A stretch of 64,000 bases of DNA from a virus. The DNA lies in IMG/VR virus record IMGVR_UViG_3300049491_000383, positions 72,080 to 136,079 of that record; one strand, written 5' to 3'. The stretch's first letter is position 1. Every line of letters begins with the position of its first letter. A model generated the notes under the pieces. It was not told the DNA's origin and did not search any database. It worked only from the letters and a program-made list of their open reading frames with translations. Shown piece after piece: positions 55,699-63,154 of the stretch. Both the position numbers and the translations under genes were made by a program.

Positions 55699-56242
55699 AC
55701 TTACTAAAAATTTCTAAACTCTCTGTAAGCGTTACCCAATTGTTATTCTTCTTAAAGAAAACACTTACACTCCATCGTTTCTCGTTGCTTGTGTTAAACA
55801 CTGCATGTGGAGTACCGGCATCTATCAGGCACCATCCAGATAATGCTTGTTCTTCTAGCTGAACACTATCTGCGAAATCAAAAGGTACATACACGGTACC
55901 GATAGCCGAATTCTTTGACACTTTATCTGCCCGGCAACGAGCATTGATGTCATACCAGCGCATTGTGCTACCAGTACCACCAATGACATAGTTAAGTTTG
56001 CTTCTACTTTCCCATTTATCTGGTAGTAGTGTGCCATCTATGTGACAACTTCTACTATTTGTATTAGGTTGCATATGAAATATCTCCATATGTCCTATAG
56101 TGAGTCCCAGATTCTGGAATAGTTTATGGATATCGGGGTGTATCTGTGTGTCAGTATCTAACCTAGTATGATATTGATCCTTTGGTAAATCTGCATTTAC
56201 AAAGGGAAACATATCTAGATTGATGTTGACACTATACTTCAT
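55682..56242 (-). CDS. 2OG-Fe(II) oxygenase-like protein
   Basis: HIDG, PHAV.N...RWSVS. Confidence 0.6.
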   Translation of the reverse strand: MKYSVNINLDMFPFVNADLPKDQYHTRLDTDTQIHPDIHKLFQNLGLTIGHMEIFHMQPNTNSRSCHIDGTLLPDKWESRSKLNYVIGGTGSTMRWYDINARCRADKVSKNSAIGTVYVPFDFADSVQLEEQALSGWCLIDAGTPHAVFNTSNEKRWSVSVFFKKNNNWVTLTESLEIFSKYVRYE

Positions 56243-57057
56243 TTATAAATCTTTGCGTGATCGAATGCAATTCTATGCAGAACACGCTCTTCCATATTCT
56301 CAAAATACCAACGCTTGTGAATACTTAACCATTGTTCAGAGATAACAATATCGCCATCTTGCCAATTATGATGGTACATGTATTTTTCTTGCAGTACATG
56401 TGCCTTAAGTTTCTCAAGTATAGTACGAAACTTAGTTTCTTCACAGTCCTTGAAGCCAAAGATTTGTAAGAATGGCAAAAATAACCCTGTCTCACCCTCT
56501 TCGTTAGTTTGAACTAGCTTAATTGGATTGTTTAGGTTGACGTGATCTTTGAAATATTCGGAAGTTGAGTATTGACCGTTCTTGTATCCACAATAGATTT
56601 CAATATCCTTAATCTGTTCTTTTAGCAATGGATGCAAATCACGATAACTCATGATGTTGTTTATCCAGCTTGTTCTAGAGCCGACAGTACCCTGTTCAGC
56701 ATAAAGCCAAATTAGGGGATTTCTTACAGGATTAGATGGTTGATTAGCGTGCCAATCAAGATCTTCTTTATGGCCAAACAGTCCTTCTTGGCCGTCAGCA
56801 TTCTTTTTACCTGTAACTCTAATGACATTGTCAGAGAGTGCTATGTGCTTTGCTCTCTCCATGTTGTTCTGTTGGACATTACCTGCAATTTTGCAGAATC
56901 TAACCTCATCATCTAGCGTTAGCGTCTGCTGCGGGAATACAACTACCATGTTCTTTACGGTTAGGCGGATAACCTCTCTTACTTCGTCTTCTGACAAAGT
57001 TCGAATGTCATCTCTAATGATTATTGTCCAACCATTCTCGTGTAGCTCAATCTTCAT
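56239..57057 (-). CDS. TauD/TfdA-family dioxygenase
   Basis: LDWHAN, H.WQDGDIVI, IHKR, R.LHR. Confidence 0.85.
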   Translation of the reverse strand: MKIELHENGWTIIIRDDIRTLSEDEVREVIRLTVKNMVVVFPQQTLTLDDEVRFCKIAGNVQQNNMERAKHIALSDNVIRVTGKKNADGQEGLFGHKEDLDWHANQPSNPVRNPLIWLYAEQGTVGSRTSWINNIMSYRDLHPLLKEQIKDIEIYCGYKNGQYSTSEYFKDHVNLNNPIKLVQTNEEGETGLFLPFLQIFGFKDCEETKFRTILEKLKAHVLQEKYMYHHNWQDGDIVISEQWLSIHKRWYFENMEERVLHRIAFDHAKIYK

Positions 57058-57259
57058 TCTTCATTCCCCATTTAATCTTAAGCCATACTCTTTCGTGTAT
57101 ATAATAATCAAGGCTTAGGAGAACATGAAGTGCGGTAGCAAAGCCTGCTGAGGCCATAATGCTTCCTGTAAATAAAAATGTCCAGAAGATAGTGAATAGC
57201 CAGGCAGTAAGCCTATAACTTATCATACGAGCAATTGTTCTCTTATGTGTTTCAATCAT
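57047..57259 (-). CDS. DUF2061-like small membrane protein
   Basis: ETHKRT.ARMISYR...YYIHERVW..I.WG. Confidence 0.75.
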   Translation of the reverse strand: MIETHKRTIARMISYRLTAWLFTIFWTFLFTGSIMASAGFATALHVLLSLDYYIHERVWLKIKWGMKNED

Positions 57260-57310
57260 AATATGCCTAAACAAATATTTATATGATGTGTTAACACGCG
57301 ATTTTGTTTC

Positions 57311-57384
57311 TGGTGCGGGCGGCGGGAATCGAACCCGCGAATGAACATTGGCAATGTTCGAGTATACCACTTACTTACACACGC
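57311..57384 (-). tRNA. tRNA-Gly(GCC) with A73
   Basis: Loop TT-GCC-AA; discriminator A instead of U. Confidence 0.82.
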
Positions 57385-57389
57385 ATATA

Positions 57390-57481
57390 TGGCGGAAGAA
57401 GGACGTGTCGATCGCCTACCGGCTCGTCACCGATACACCTGTTTTCAAGGCAGAGACTGAGGCCGCTCAGTGTCATCTTCC
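57390..57481 (-). tRNA. selC-like (8/4) tRNA-Ser(TGA)
   Basis: GGAAGATG/CTTCTTCC-G-CCA, 6-bp D-stem ACTGAG-CGGC-CTCAGT, CT-TGA-AA, long variable arm, T-loop ATCGACA. Confidence 0.72.
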
Positions 57482-57485
57482 ATAT

Positions 57486-57561
57486 TGGTACCTGGTGTAG
57501 GACTCGAACCTACATAAGTCATCTTGTAAGGATGGCGGTTAACCTCTCACACCAACCAGGC
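57486..57561 (-). tRNA. tRNA-Val(TAC)
   Basis: Loop CT-TAC-AA. Confidence 0.85.
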
Positions 57562-57569
57562 ATTGTTTG

Positions 57570-57642
57570 TCTACGTCATACGGGCTCCGATCCCGTGACC
57601 CCCGCCCTTGCCGGCGGTGCTCTCCCTCTGAGCTAATGGCGT
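57570..57642 (-). pseudogene. tRNA-like element with 6-nt anticodon loop and no CCA
   Basis: D-arm GCTC/GAGC, CCGCC-GGCAAG-GGCGG, T-loop ATCGGAG. Confidence 0.5.
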
Positions 57643-57675
57643 CTCTGTATAACTCTTCAACGAAGAGATAGTGAA

Positions 57676-57751
57676 TGGTGCCGCGGACTGGAATCGAACC
57701 AGTGACACATAACTTTTCAGGCTACTGCTCTACCAACTGAGCTACCACGGC
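57676..57751 (-). tRNA. tRNA-Phe(GAA)
   Basis: Canonical, loop CT-GAA-AA. Confidence 0.93.
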
Positions 57752-58020
57752 ATAAATTTTGGTGGACCTAAAGGTGTATAGGATAGTGACTTCTATGGGC
57801 CCATTGACTTGGTGGATAGTGCAGGAATCGAACCTAGCGAGCGCCCGTCGGCTTTCACAGTACCATACTAAATGGGAATCGAACCCAAATACTCTCCATT
57901 TACTACCCATAACTGACGGAATCTACGGGATTCGAACCCGCCACTCCCTATGTTGGAAGCTACTCCAAGACTTGTTCAGCATAGTGCGCCTAGGGCCGAA
58001 CTTATCACAGATCTCATAAC

Positions 58021-58097
58021 TGGTACCCCCGGTTGGATTCGAACCTACAACCATCAACTTTTGAGGCTGACCGCGCTACCAATTAGCGTACGGGGGC
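58021..58097 (-). tRNA. tRNA-Leu(CAA) with short variable loop
   Basis: Loop CT-CAA-AA; paralog of the tRNA at 50832. Confidence 0.85.
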
Positions 58098-58106
58098 ATT
58101 GAAATT

Positions 58107-58182
58107 TGGAGTGTACGATAGGAGTCGAACCTACATAAAACAGGGTTGCAATCTGTTCCCTAGCCTTTCGGGTCACGCACAC
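58107..58182 (-). tRNA. tRNA-Cys(GCA)
   Basis: Loop TT-GCA-AC, U73. Confidence 0.85.
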
Positions 58183-58302
58183 ATTGTAAGGCACCCGCCG
58201 GAGGGAATCTAACCCTCGATATATCCCAGCATCTAGGGACCTTGTTCATTTACAGCCGGAAGAGTTTGCTCCGGGCAATGACGACAGCATTGAAAACTAT
58301 TA

Positions 58303-58375
58303 GGGGTGACTAACGGGGTTCAAACCCGTACAAAGATCTTCACAGGATCTGATGCTTTCATTACATCATAGTCAC
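58303..58375 (-). tRNA. tRNA-His(GTG), no encoded CCA
   Basis: Loop CT-GTG-AA, C73. Confidence 0.7.
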
Positions 58376-58396
58376 ACCTAATAGCTCTTAGGTGTT

Positions 58397-58470
58397 TGGG
58401 GTGTCTTGGGGAATCGAACCCTCGCCTGCTGATTCACAGTCAGCTTTGCTACCACTACACTAAAGGCACC
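58397..58470 (-). tRNA. tRNA-His(GTG)
   Basis: G-1:C73, loop CT-GTG-AA. Confidence 0.88.
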
Positions 58471-58482
58471 ATTGAATAAAAC

Positions 58483-58598
58483 AGGTTCGCATTATACGTG
58501 CTACCACTACACTAAAGCGACGACCAACCTCGCTCCCAGGACTCGAACCTGGCCCTTCCATTTTCAAGATGAATAATTTTTGTTGCTGAAACGAACCT
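58483..58598 (-). ncRNA. circularly permuted tRNA(UGA) closed by the CAGCAA helix (member G)
   Basis: AGGTTCG-TTTCAGCAAC, TTCAT-CTTGAAA-ATGGA, T-arm CCAGG/CCTGG, looped acceptor GAGCGA/TCGCTT, D-arm, CGAACCT. Confidence 0.8.
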
Positions 58599-58615
58599 AA
58601 CGGTCGAAATAAATC

Positions 58616-58717
58616 AGGATGTTTGGCTTTGGACCAGGAGTCGAACCCTATTGCCATGCCCCCTCTGGGCTGGTCCGCTGAGTTTTGGTAGCGATTTTAG
58701 ATTGCTGAAACCATCCT
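58616..58717 (-). ncRNA. CAGCAA-helix RNA with T-loop domain (member H)
   Basis: AGGATG-GTTTCAGCAAT...GG-TTCGACT-CC...CATCCT. Confidence 0.7.
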
Positions 58718-58724
58718 TTAAACT

Positions 58725-58800
58725 TGGTACCCCAGAGGAGATTCGAACTCCCACACTTAGTTTCTAAGACTAATACGACTGCCAATTACGTCACCGGGGC
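58725..58800 (-). tRNA. tRNA-Leu(TAG) with short variable loop
   Basis: Loop CT-TAG-AA, variable loop GTGT. Confidence 0.85.
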
Positions 58801-58807
58801 ATATATA

Positions 58808-58884
58808 TGGTGCGGTAGGTGGGACTCGAACCCACAAGATTTAGTTTCTAAGACTAACACGTATACCAATTCCGTCACAACCGC
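58808..58884 (-). tRNA. tRNA-Leu(TAG) with short variable loop
   Basis: Loop CT-TAG-AA, variable loop ATCT. Confidence 0.87.
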
Positions 58885-58976
58885 ATAAAATTTTCGGAGT
58901 AGTGGCAGGGCATCCCCACTTGGAATCCCACATAATCCTGTTGGTCTGTTGTGTGGCCACACATCATTCCACGTCC

Positions 58977-59054
58977 TGGCTCCAGGAACTGGAATCGAAC
59001 CAGTCTAATCTTGGTTAACAGCCAAGCGGTTGACACCATGTCGCCTCTCCCGGA
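58977..59054 (-). tRNA. tRNA-Asn(GTT)
   Basis: Loop CT-GTT-AA, G73. Confidence 0.82.
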
Positions 59055-59128
59055 ATTGTATTTTCAAAGTAGGTACCCGTCTACCAGCCCACAGTGGACC
59101 CAATAGAACATCCTCGTATACTTCAATC

Positions 59129-59204
59129 TGGCCCGTTCTGCAGGATTCGAACCTACTTCATGTGCTCTTCAGGCACCTGCTATGACCACATCAGCTAAGA
59201 ACGG
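59129..59204 (-). tRNA. tRNA-Phe(GAA)
   Basis: Loop CT-GAA-GA; unusual C1:G72 and G73. Confidence 0.82.
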
Positions 59205-59209
59205 ATATA

Positions 59210-59286
59210 TGGCGGGCCGTGAGCGATTCGAACGCCCAACACGCAGTTTTGGAGACTGCTGTTCTGCCAATTGGAACTAACGACCC
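59210..59286 (-). tRNA. tRNA-Trp(CCA)
   Basis: Loop CT-CCA-AA, G73. Confidence 0.9.
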
Positions 59287-59365
59287 ATAATTTAGATTGG
59301 GCTTCACACCCACAATTGTCTGTTGCCTAGCGCATTGTTCAGGCTTACAGCTAACCCATCGATTT

Positions 59366-59441
59366 TGGCTCCGTGAGAACGATTCGAACGCTCCTCTTCC
59401 GGTTAACAGCCGGAGGTACTCACCGAGAATACGATCACGGA
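59366..59441 (-). tRNA. tRNA-Asn(GTT)
   Basis: Loop CT-GTT-AA, G73. Confidence 0.85.
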
Positions 59442-59442
59442 A

Positions 59443-59832
59443 TTATCTTATTACAAATTCATCATACTTCAAACTTTTTCCAAATGTGATACTATGTTTT
59501 ACCAGTATCTTATTTTTTGGAACTAATGCTTTTAGCTCTGTCTGGATATGATACAAAAATATCATATCCCAGTCTTGCATTGATGCATCCTTACATGTAG
59601 TGTTGGTACCATTGTTACCACCCTTTACATTTATTTCAAATCTTTCAGCGCCGGCATCAAATTGGCTACTTGTCTTTACTTGTACCTTAAATAATTTACT
59701 ATCTTTAGATACAACCAGATCCCAATCTTCGCTATCAGTTAACGGTATACATACGCCATAACCAGCTTTGGTAAAATATGCAATTGCCTGGCCGAGACCA
59801 GCGTTACCTTGCTTTAAACTATTTTGGAACAT
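59443..59832 (-). CDS. PD-(D/E)XK homing-endonuclease-like protein
   Basis: G..G...AI.YF...GY.V..P..D...WDLVV...KVQVKT. Confidence 0.8.
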   Translation of the reverse strand: MFQNSLKQGNAGLGQAIAYFTKAGYGVCIPLTDSEDWDLVVSKDSKLFKVQVKTSSQFDAGAERFEINVKGGNNGTNTTCKDASMQDWDMIFLYHIQTELKALVPKNKILVKHSITFGKSLKYDEFVIR

Positions 59833-60003
59833 ATAACTCCTGACTATAAGTCAGTTATTTATCACCGTTTGCATTGGAGCCCAATGGTCGTGTATACCGA
59901 TAGCGACGCGATTGTCGGGCATTGATTTGTCTGACATATATAGGAATTGAACCTAGTAGATCCTCTAGTCGGGGACCGGCCGCCATGCAATATGTCAATA
60001 CTC

Positions 60004-60074
60004 TGGCAGTGTATATAGGATTCTAACCTAGTCACCCTTCCGAAACAGGGCAGGTGTCCGCACGGAGATACACT
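60004..60074 (-). tRNA. atypical tRNA-like gene with 8-nt anticodon loop; identity unclear
   Basis: AGTGTAT/ATACACT-G-CCA, T-loop TTAGAAT, GCCCT-GTTTCGGA-AGGGT. Confidence 0.5.
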
Positions 60075-60082
60075 ATTGTTTC

Positions 60083-60156
60083 TGGTAGGTCCTAAAGGAT
60101 TCGAACCTTTGTGAATCGCCTATCAAGCAATCATTCTACCATTGAATTAAGGACCC
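60083..60156 (-). tRNA. tRNA-Ile(GAT)
   Basis: Loop TT-GAT-AG. Confidence 0.88.
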
Positions 60157-60161
60157 ATTAT

Positions 60162-60233
60162 TGGAGCGGGCGACAGGATTCGAACCTGCATCTTTCAGCT
60201 TGGAAGGCTAAACGTATTCCCTAAACCGCACGC
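60162..60233 (-). tRNA. tRNA-Gly(TCC), reduced D-arm
   Basis: Loop CT-TCC-AA, U73. Confidence 0.75.
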
Positions 60234-60359
60234 ATATACGTGCCAGGTGATTTATAACGCGATTCACTGACTCCCGCGACTTACGGATGGGTTCACATGT
60301 ACAAGGTTAACCCACCTATCTTATGTTCTTACCTAGCACCGAAGTGCCAGGATTTTGTC

Positions 60360-61388
60360 TTACGCTGGGACGTTAACCCAGATCATCAGGCCCATTCCCT
60401 TGGTCAACTTACGGTTAACCGACGTGGATTGCACGTAGATTTCGTAGTTGGCATGGTTGCCCGGAGCAAGCTTGACATCGCCGGAGTGCGGGAGGCCGAG
60501 CAGGTCGCGTGCATTGAAGCCACTGTAGACAGCACCGGACGTCTTGTCACGGATGGCAATCTGTTTGTAGCCCTGGACGGTTTCAGTCTTCTTCAACTCG
60601 TAGAACGCACAGCCCTTTGTAAAGGTAATGCCCTGGTCGTTGACGAAATCACGAATCTGTGCGCCATCATTGGCAGCATCCACTTCGTAGACTTCAACTT
60701 GCTTGGAGATGTCAACCAACTCGGTCTTCACTTCCTTCAGGGTCACATTGCTCAGGTCCGCGTAGAACTTGTCGGTTGCATTGATACCGCGTGCCTTGGC
60801 AGCATAAAAACCCTTGAAAGCACTCTTGGTCATCACAGTCGACGCAGCAATACCACGTTCCGATTGTTCCCATTCCTGGATGTTGCCTTCCGGAATACCG
60901 TATTGGGTAAGCTGATGCTTATAGCCCGCAGGTACTCGGAACACAAATGTCCAACGATCGGTCATTTGCAGCTTCTTGATCAGCTTCGCAATTGCCGGAC
61001 CGGTGTACTTGCGACTTGCATTTTCGCCACCGTCAGTTGTGGTGAACACCACAAAGGATACGCTGGGATCATCCGCATCGGGCACTGCCTGGAGTTGTTC
61101 AACCAATTCACCCACTGCATCAAACAGCGGAGTACCACGTCCACGAGCACTGTAGCTAGACTCCAGCAACGGCTTCAGTGCCGAAACAGAGGAGTTACTA
61201 ACGACAGTACGCACTTCATCAGTGCTGCCGTATCCAAGTTCGACCACAGTCACAACGGTATCAATACCGTGGGTGGCTGCTTCTTCCTTGATGGATTCAA
61301 TGTTTTCGTTGTAATCACGTGCGGCGTGGCGTGCAATGTTAGCCATCGAGCCGGAGTGATCTCGTGCAAGTCCTTGGTATACTTTCAT
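60360..61388 (-). CDS. vWA-domain protein
   Basis: MIDAS DHSGSM, TPLFDAV, TTDGGENAS; C-terminal VQSTSVNRKL. Confidence 0.85.
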   Translation of the reverse strand: MKVYQGLARDHSGSMANIARHAARDYNENIESIKEEAATHGIDTVVTVVELGYGSTDEVRTVVSNSSVSALKPLLESSYSARGRGTPLFDAVGELVEQLQAVPDADDPSVSFVVFTTTDGGENASRKYTGPAIAKLIKKLQMTDRWTFVFRVPAGYKHQLTQYGIPEGNIQEWEQSERGIAASTVMTKSAFKGFYAAKARGINATDKFYADLSNVTLKEVKTELVDISKQVEVYEVDAANDGAQIRDFVNDQGITFTKGCAFYELKKTETVQGYKQIAIRDKTSGAVYSGFNARDLLGLPHSGDVKLAPGNHANYEIYVQSTSVNRKLTKGMGLMIWVNVPA

Positions 61389-61455
61389 GTGTGCCTTTCT
61401 GTTTGATGTAGTGAATCTACCTCTACACTATAATACAGTTGGCTCTTTGTGTCAA

Positions 61456-61572
61456 TGGTGCCGCCGCCGGGAATCGAACACCGGATCTACTCCTTGTAAT
61501 GGAATTTAGATTGCTGTATGTATCCTTGACAGGATCACCTTTTTAGTTGTGTTGCCTTTACACTACAGCGAC
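61456..61572 (-). ncRNA. CCA-ending tRNA(UAC)-like RNA with the CAGCAA helix inserted between the D and anticodon arms (member I)
   Basis: GTCGCTG/CGGCGGC-A-CCA, D-arm, insert ATCCT-GTCA-AGGAT-ACATACAGCAAT, TTCC-ATTACAA-GGAG, T-arm. Confidence 0.78.
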
Positions 61573-61723
61573 ATTGATTGGAGTCCGTTTATACGCATTA
61601 TATGCAATACAGTGATAGGGAAAACGGATAAAAATTGGCCCCACGATGACATGATTACAGTGGTCAACAACAGGGATTGATTCAATCATCCTAATATGAT
61701 ACAGTGATCAGGGAAGACGATTT

Positions 61724-61799
61724 TGGTGGGTTCGCCCGGCATCGAACCGGGATCTCGCTGCTTAAGAGGCAGGACTCTAGCCATTTGAGTTACAAACCC
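61724..61799 (-). tRNA. tRNA-Lys(CTT)
   Basis: Loop CT-CTT-AA. Confidence 0.9.
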
Positions 61800-61813
61800 G
61801 TAACTAAGAAACT

Positions 61814-61904
61814 TGGCGGGCGCGTCACGGAGTCGAACCGGACTTTAGCGTATTTGGAGAACGCCTCATCAGACCATAAGCCTAATATAAAGCCTTAGTC
61901 GCCC
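61814..61904 (-). tRNA. tRNA-Trp(CCA)-like with expanded D region
   Basis: GCGT-T-CTCCAAA-T-ACGC, T-loop TTCGACT, G73 CCA; long D-region hairpin. Confidence 0.55.
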
Positions 61905-61909
61905 ATAAC

Positions 61910-61984
61910 TGGCATCCTGTACGAGAATCGAACTCGCCTGAATAGGTTGAAAGCCTACGGACCTCACCAGAAGTCAAACAGGAT
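61910..61984 (-). tRNA. tRNA-Glu(TTC)
   Basis: Loop CT-TTC-AA, G73. Confidence 0.82.
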
Positions 61985-62268
61985 ATAAATTTTGAAGTTG
62001 TTATCCAAACACACGAGGAGAATCGAACTCCCACACACGCCTTGCTGACGCCGCACTGCCATTATGCTACATGCTCATTTCTAAAGACCTACGTCAACAG
62101 TTACAGAAGAAACGTGGATACAACTATTAAAGTCAGTTGACGCTGACTATAATTCTTTGAATGCTATTTGCAGGGGAGTCGAACACGCCACCTTAATGTA
62201 TCTAGATTGGTAAACACACTAATGTACCGACCAGAGATCCAATCACCTCTATGCACGGTTGCAAAATC

Positions 62269-62343
62269 TGGTGGCTCAACTAGGAATCGGACCTAGGACC
62301 TACGCCTTATCAAGACGGTGCTCTGCCATTGAGCTACTGAGCC
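62269..62343 (-). tRNA. tRNA-Ile(GAT)
   Basis: Loop TT-GAT-AA; T-loop TCCGATT. Confidence 0.88.
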
Positions 62344-62469
62344 AAATTAATGTAAGTTTCGTTTGTGGTGTTGAATAGGCATTACGGCCTTGATACAAAT
62401 CTGCGCTCTCTGTGTCCGCGCATAAGCAACCCTTACGTTACCAACGTATCGAATAGTTGTATCATTGAT

Positions 62470-62543
62470 TGGTCAGGATACTCAGAATCGAACTGAGGCT
62501 TCCACGCTCCGAAGGTGGGATGATACCATTTCATCATATCCTG
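62470..62543 (-). tRNA. tRNA-Pro(CGG)
   Basis: C1:G72, loop TT-CGG-AG. Confidence 0.82.
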
Positions 62544-62810
62544 TTAAAACTTAGAAATCTTCTGAGACAGGTCCTTTGCTTCTTCTAGGATTCCCATTGC
62601 CTTAGGATCTTCTTTCTTTGGTTCTTCTTTCTTTACTTCTTCCTTCTTTGCTTGACCGCAGCAACCACACTTTTCAGTATGTTGAAGTGCTCTGGTATAA
62701 ATTTTCCAGAACGCAAATAGATTGCCTAAGACAACCATAAGAAGAGTAAAAATAGTAAACAATCCAAACATTAACGGTACGTACATAAGATATCTCCAAC
62801 TGGATATCAT
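62544..62810 (-). CDS. small membrane protein
   Basis: Likely start MISSWRYL; TM segment and charged tail. Confidence 0.45.
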   Translation of the reverse strand: MISSWRYLMYVPLMFGLFTIFTLLMVVLGNLFAFWKIYTRALQHTEKCGCCGQAKKEEVKKEEPKKEDPKAMGILEEAKDLSQKISKF

Positions 62811-62850
62811 ATTTATGTGTAAGCCGTTCCAGCTTAAAATTGTAGTTAAT

Positions 62851-62928
62851 TGGTCTGCGTGGCTGGGTTCGAACCAGCGGCCTCCGAGTTCCAAGCCCGG
62901 CCGTCTACCTGACTGACAATACACGCAG
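62851..62928 (-). tRNA. tRNA-Pro(TGG)
   Basis: Loop CT-TGG-AA. Confidence 0.88.
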
Positions 62929-63078
62929 TTATAAAATTCAGTAGATCCGTATCATTAGCGTTCGTGCTACGTGCCCAGTTACTTCCCTATCGTTTCAGGG
63001 TTCACTTATACTGAAATACATTTGTTTAGAAGCGTAGGGGGCGTCAAAAGCTGATTATACATTCTTCTAAACTAAAAT

Positions 63079-63153
63079 TGGTGCTCCGTGGAGGATTCGA
63101 ACCCCCCTCTCTAGACTACAAAACTAGCATTCTACCGAATGAACTAACAGAGC
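63079..63153 (-). tRNA. tRNA-Thr(TGT)
   Basis: Loop TT-TGT-AG. Confidence 0.85.
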
Positions 63154-63154
63154 A

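Noticed and set aside
57390-57481. Selenocysteine tRNA or opal suppressor
   Set aside because: The anticodon reads TGA (Ser), not TCA. I found no TCA- or TTA-anticodon tRNA in the window.
59443-59832. Group I intron in a tRNA around the PD-(D/E)XK gene
   Set aside because: The adjacent tRNA-Asn is intact and no intron core or split exon is visible, so the gene is free-standing.
60297-61406. Long + strand ORFs (369 aa here; also 19132-20253, 22579-23259 and 14963-15520)
   Set aside because: These are antisense shadows of codon-biased minus-strand genes with recognisable domains or TM patterns, and have no motifs of their own.
15547-61572. CMGCAA elements as a CRISPR array or DNA repeat/operator
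   Set aside because: They are dispersed, irregularly spaced and conserved in pairing rather than sequence, and there are no cas genes. An RNA motif fits better.
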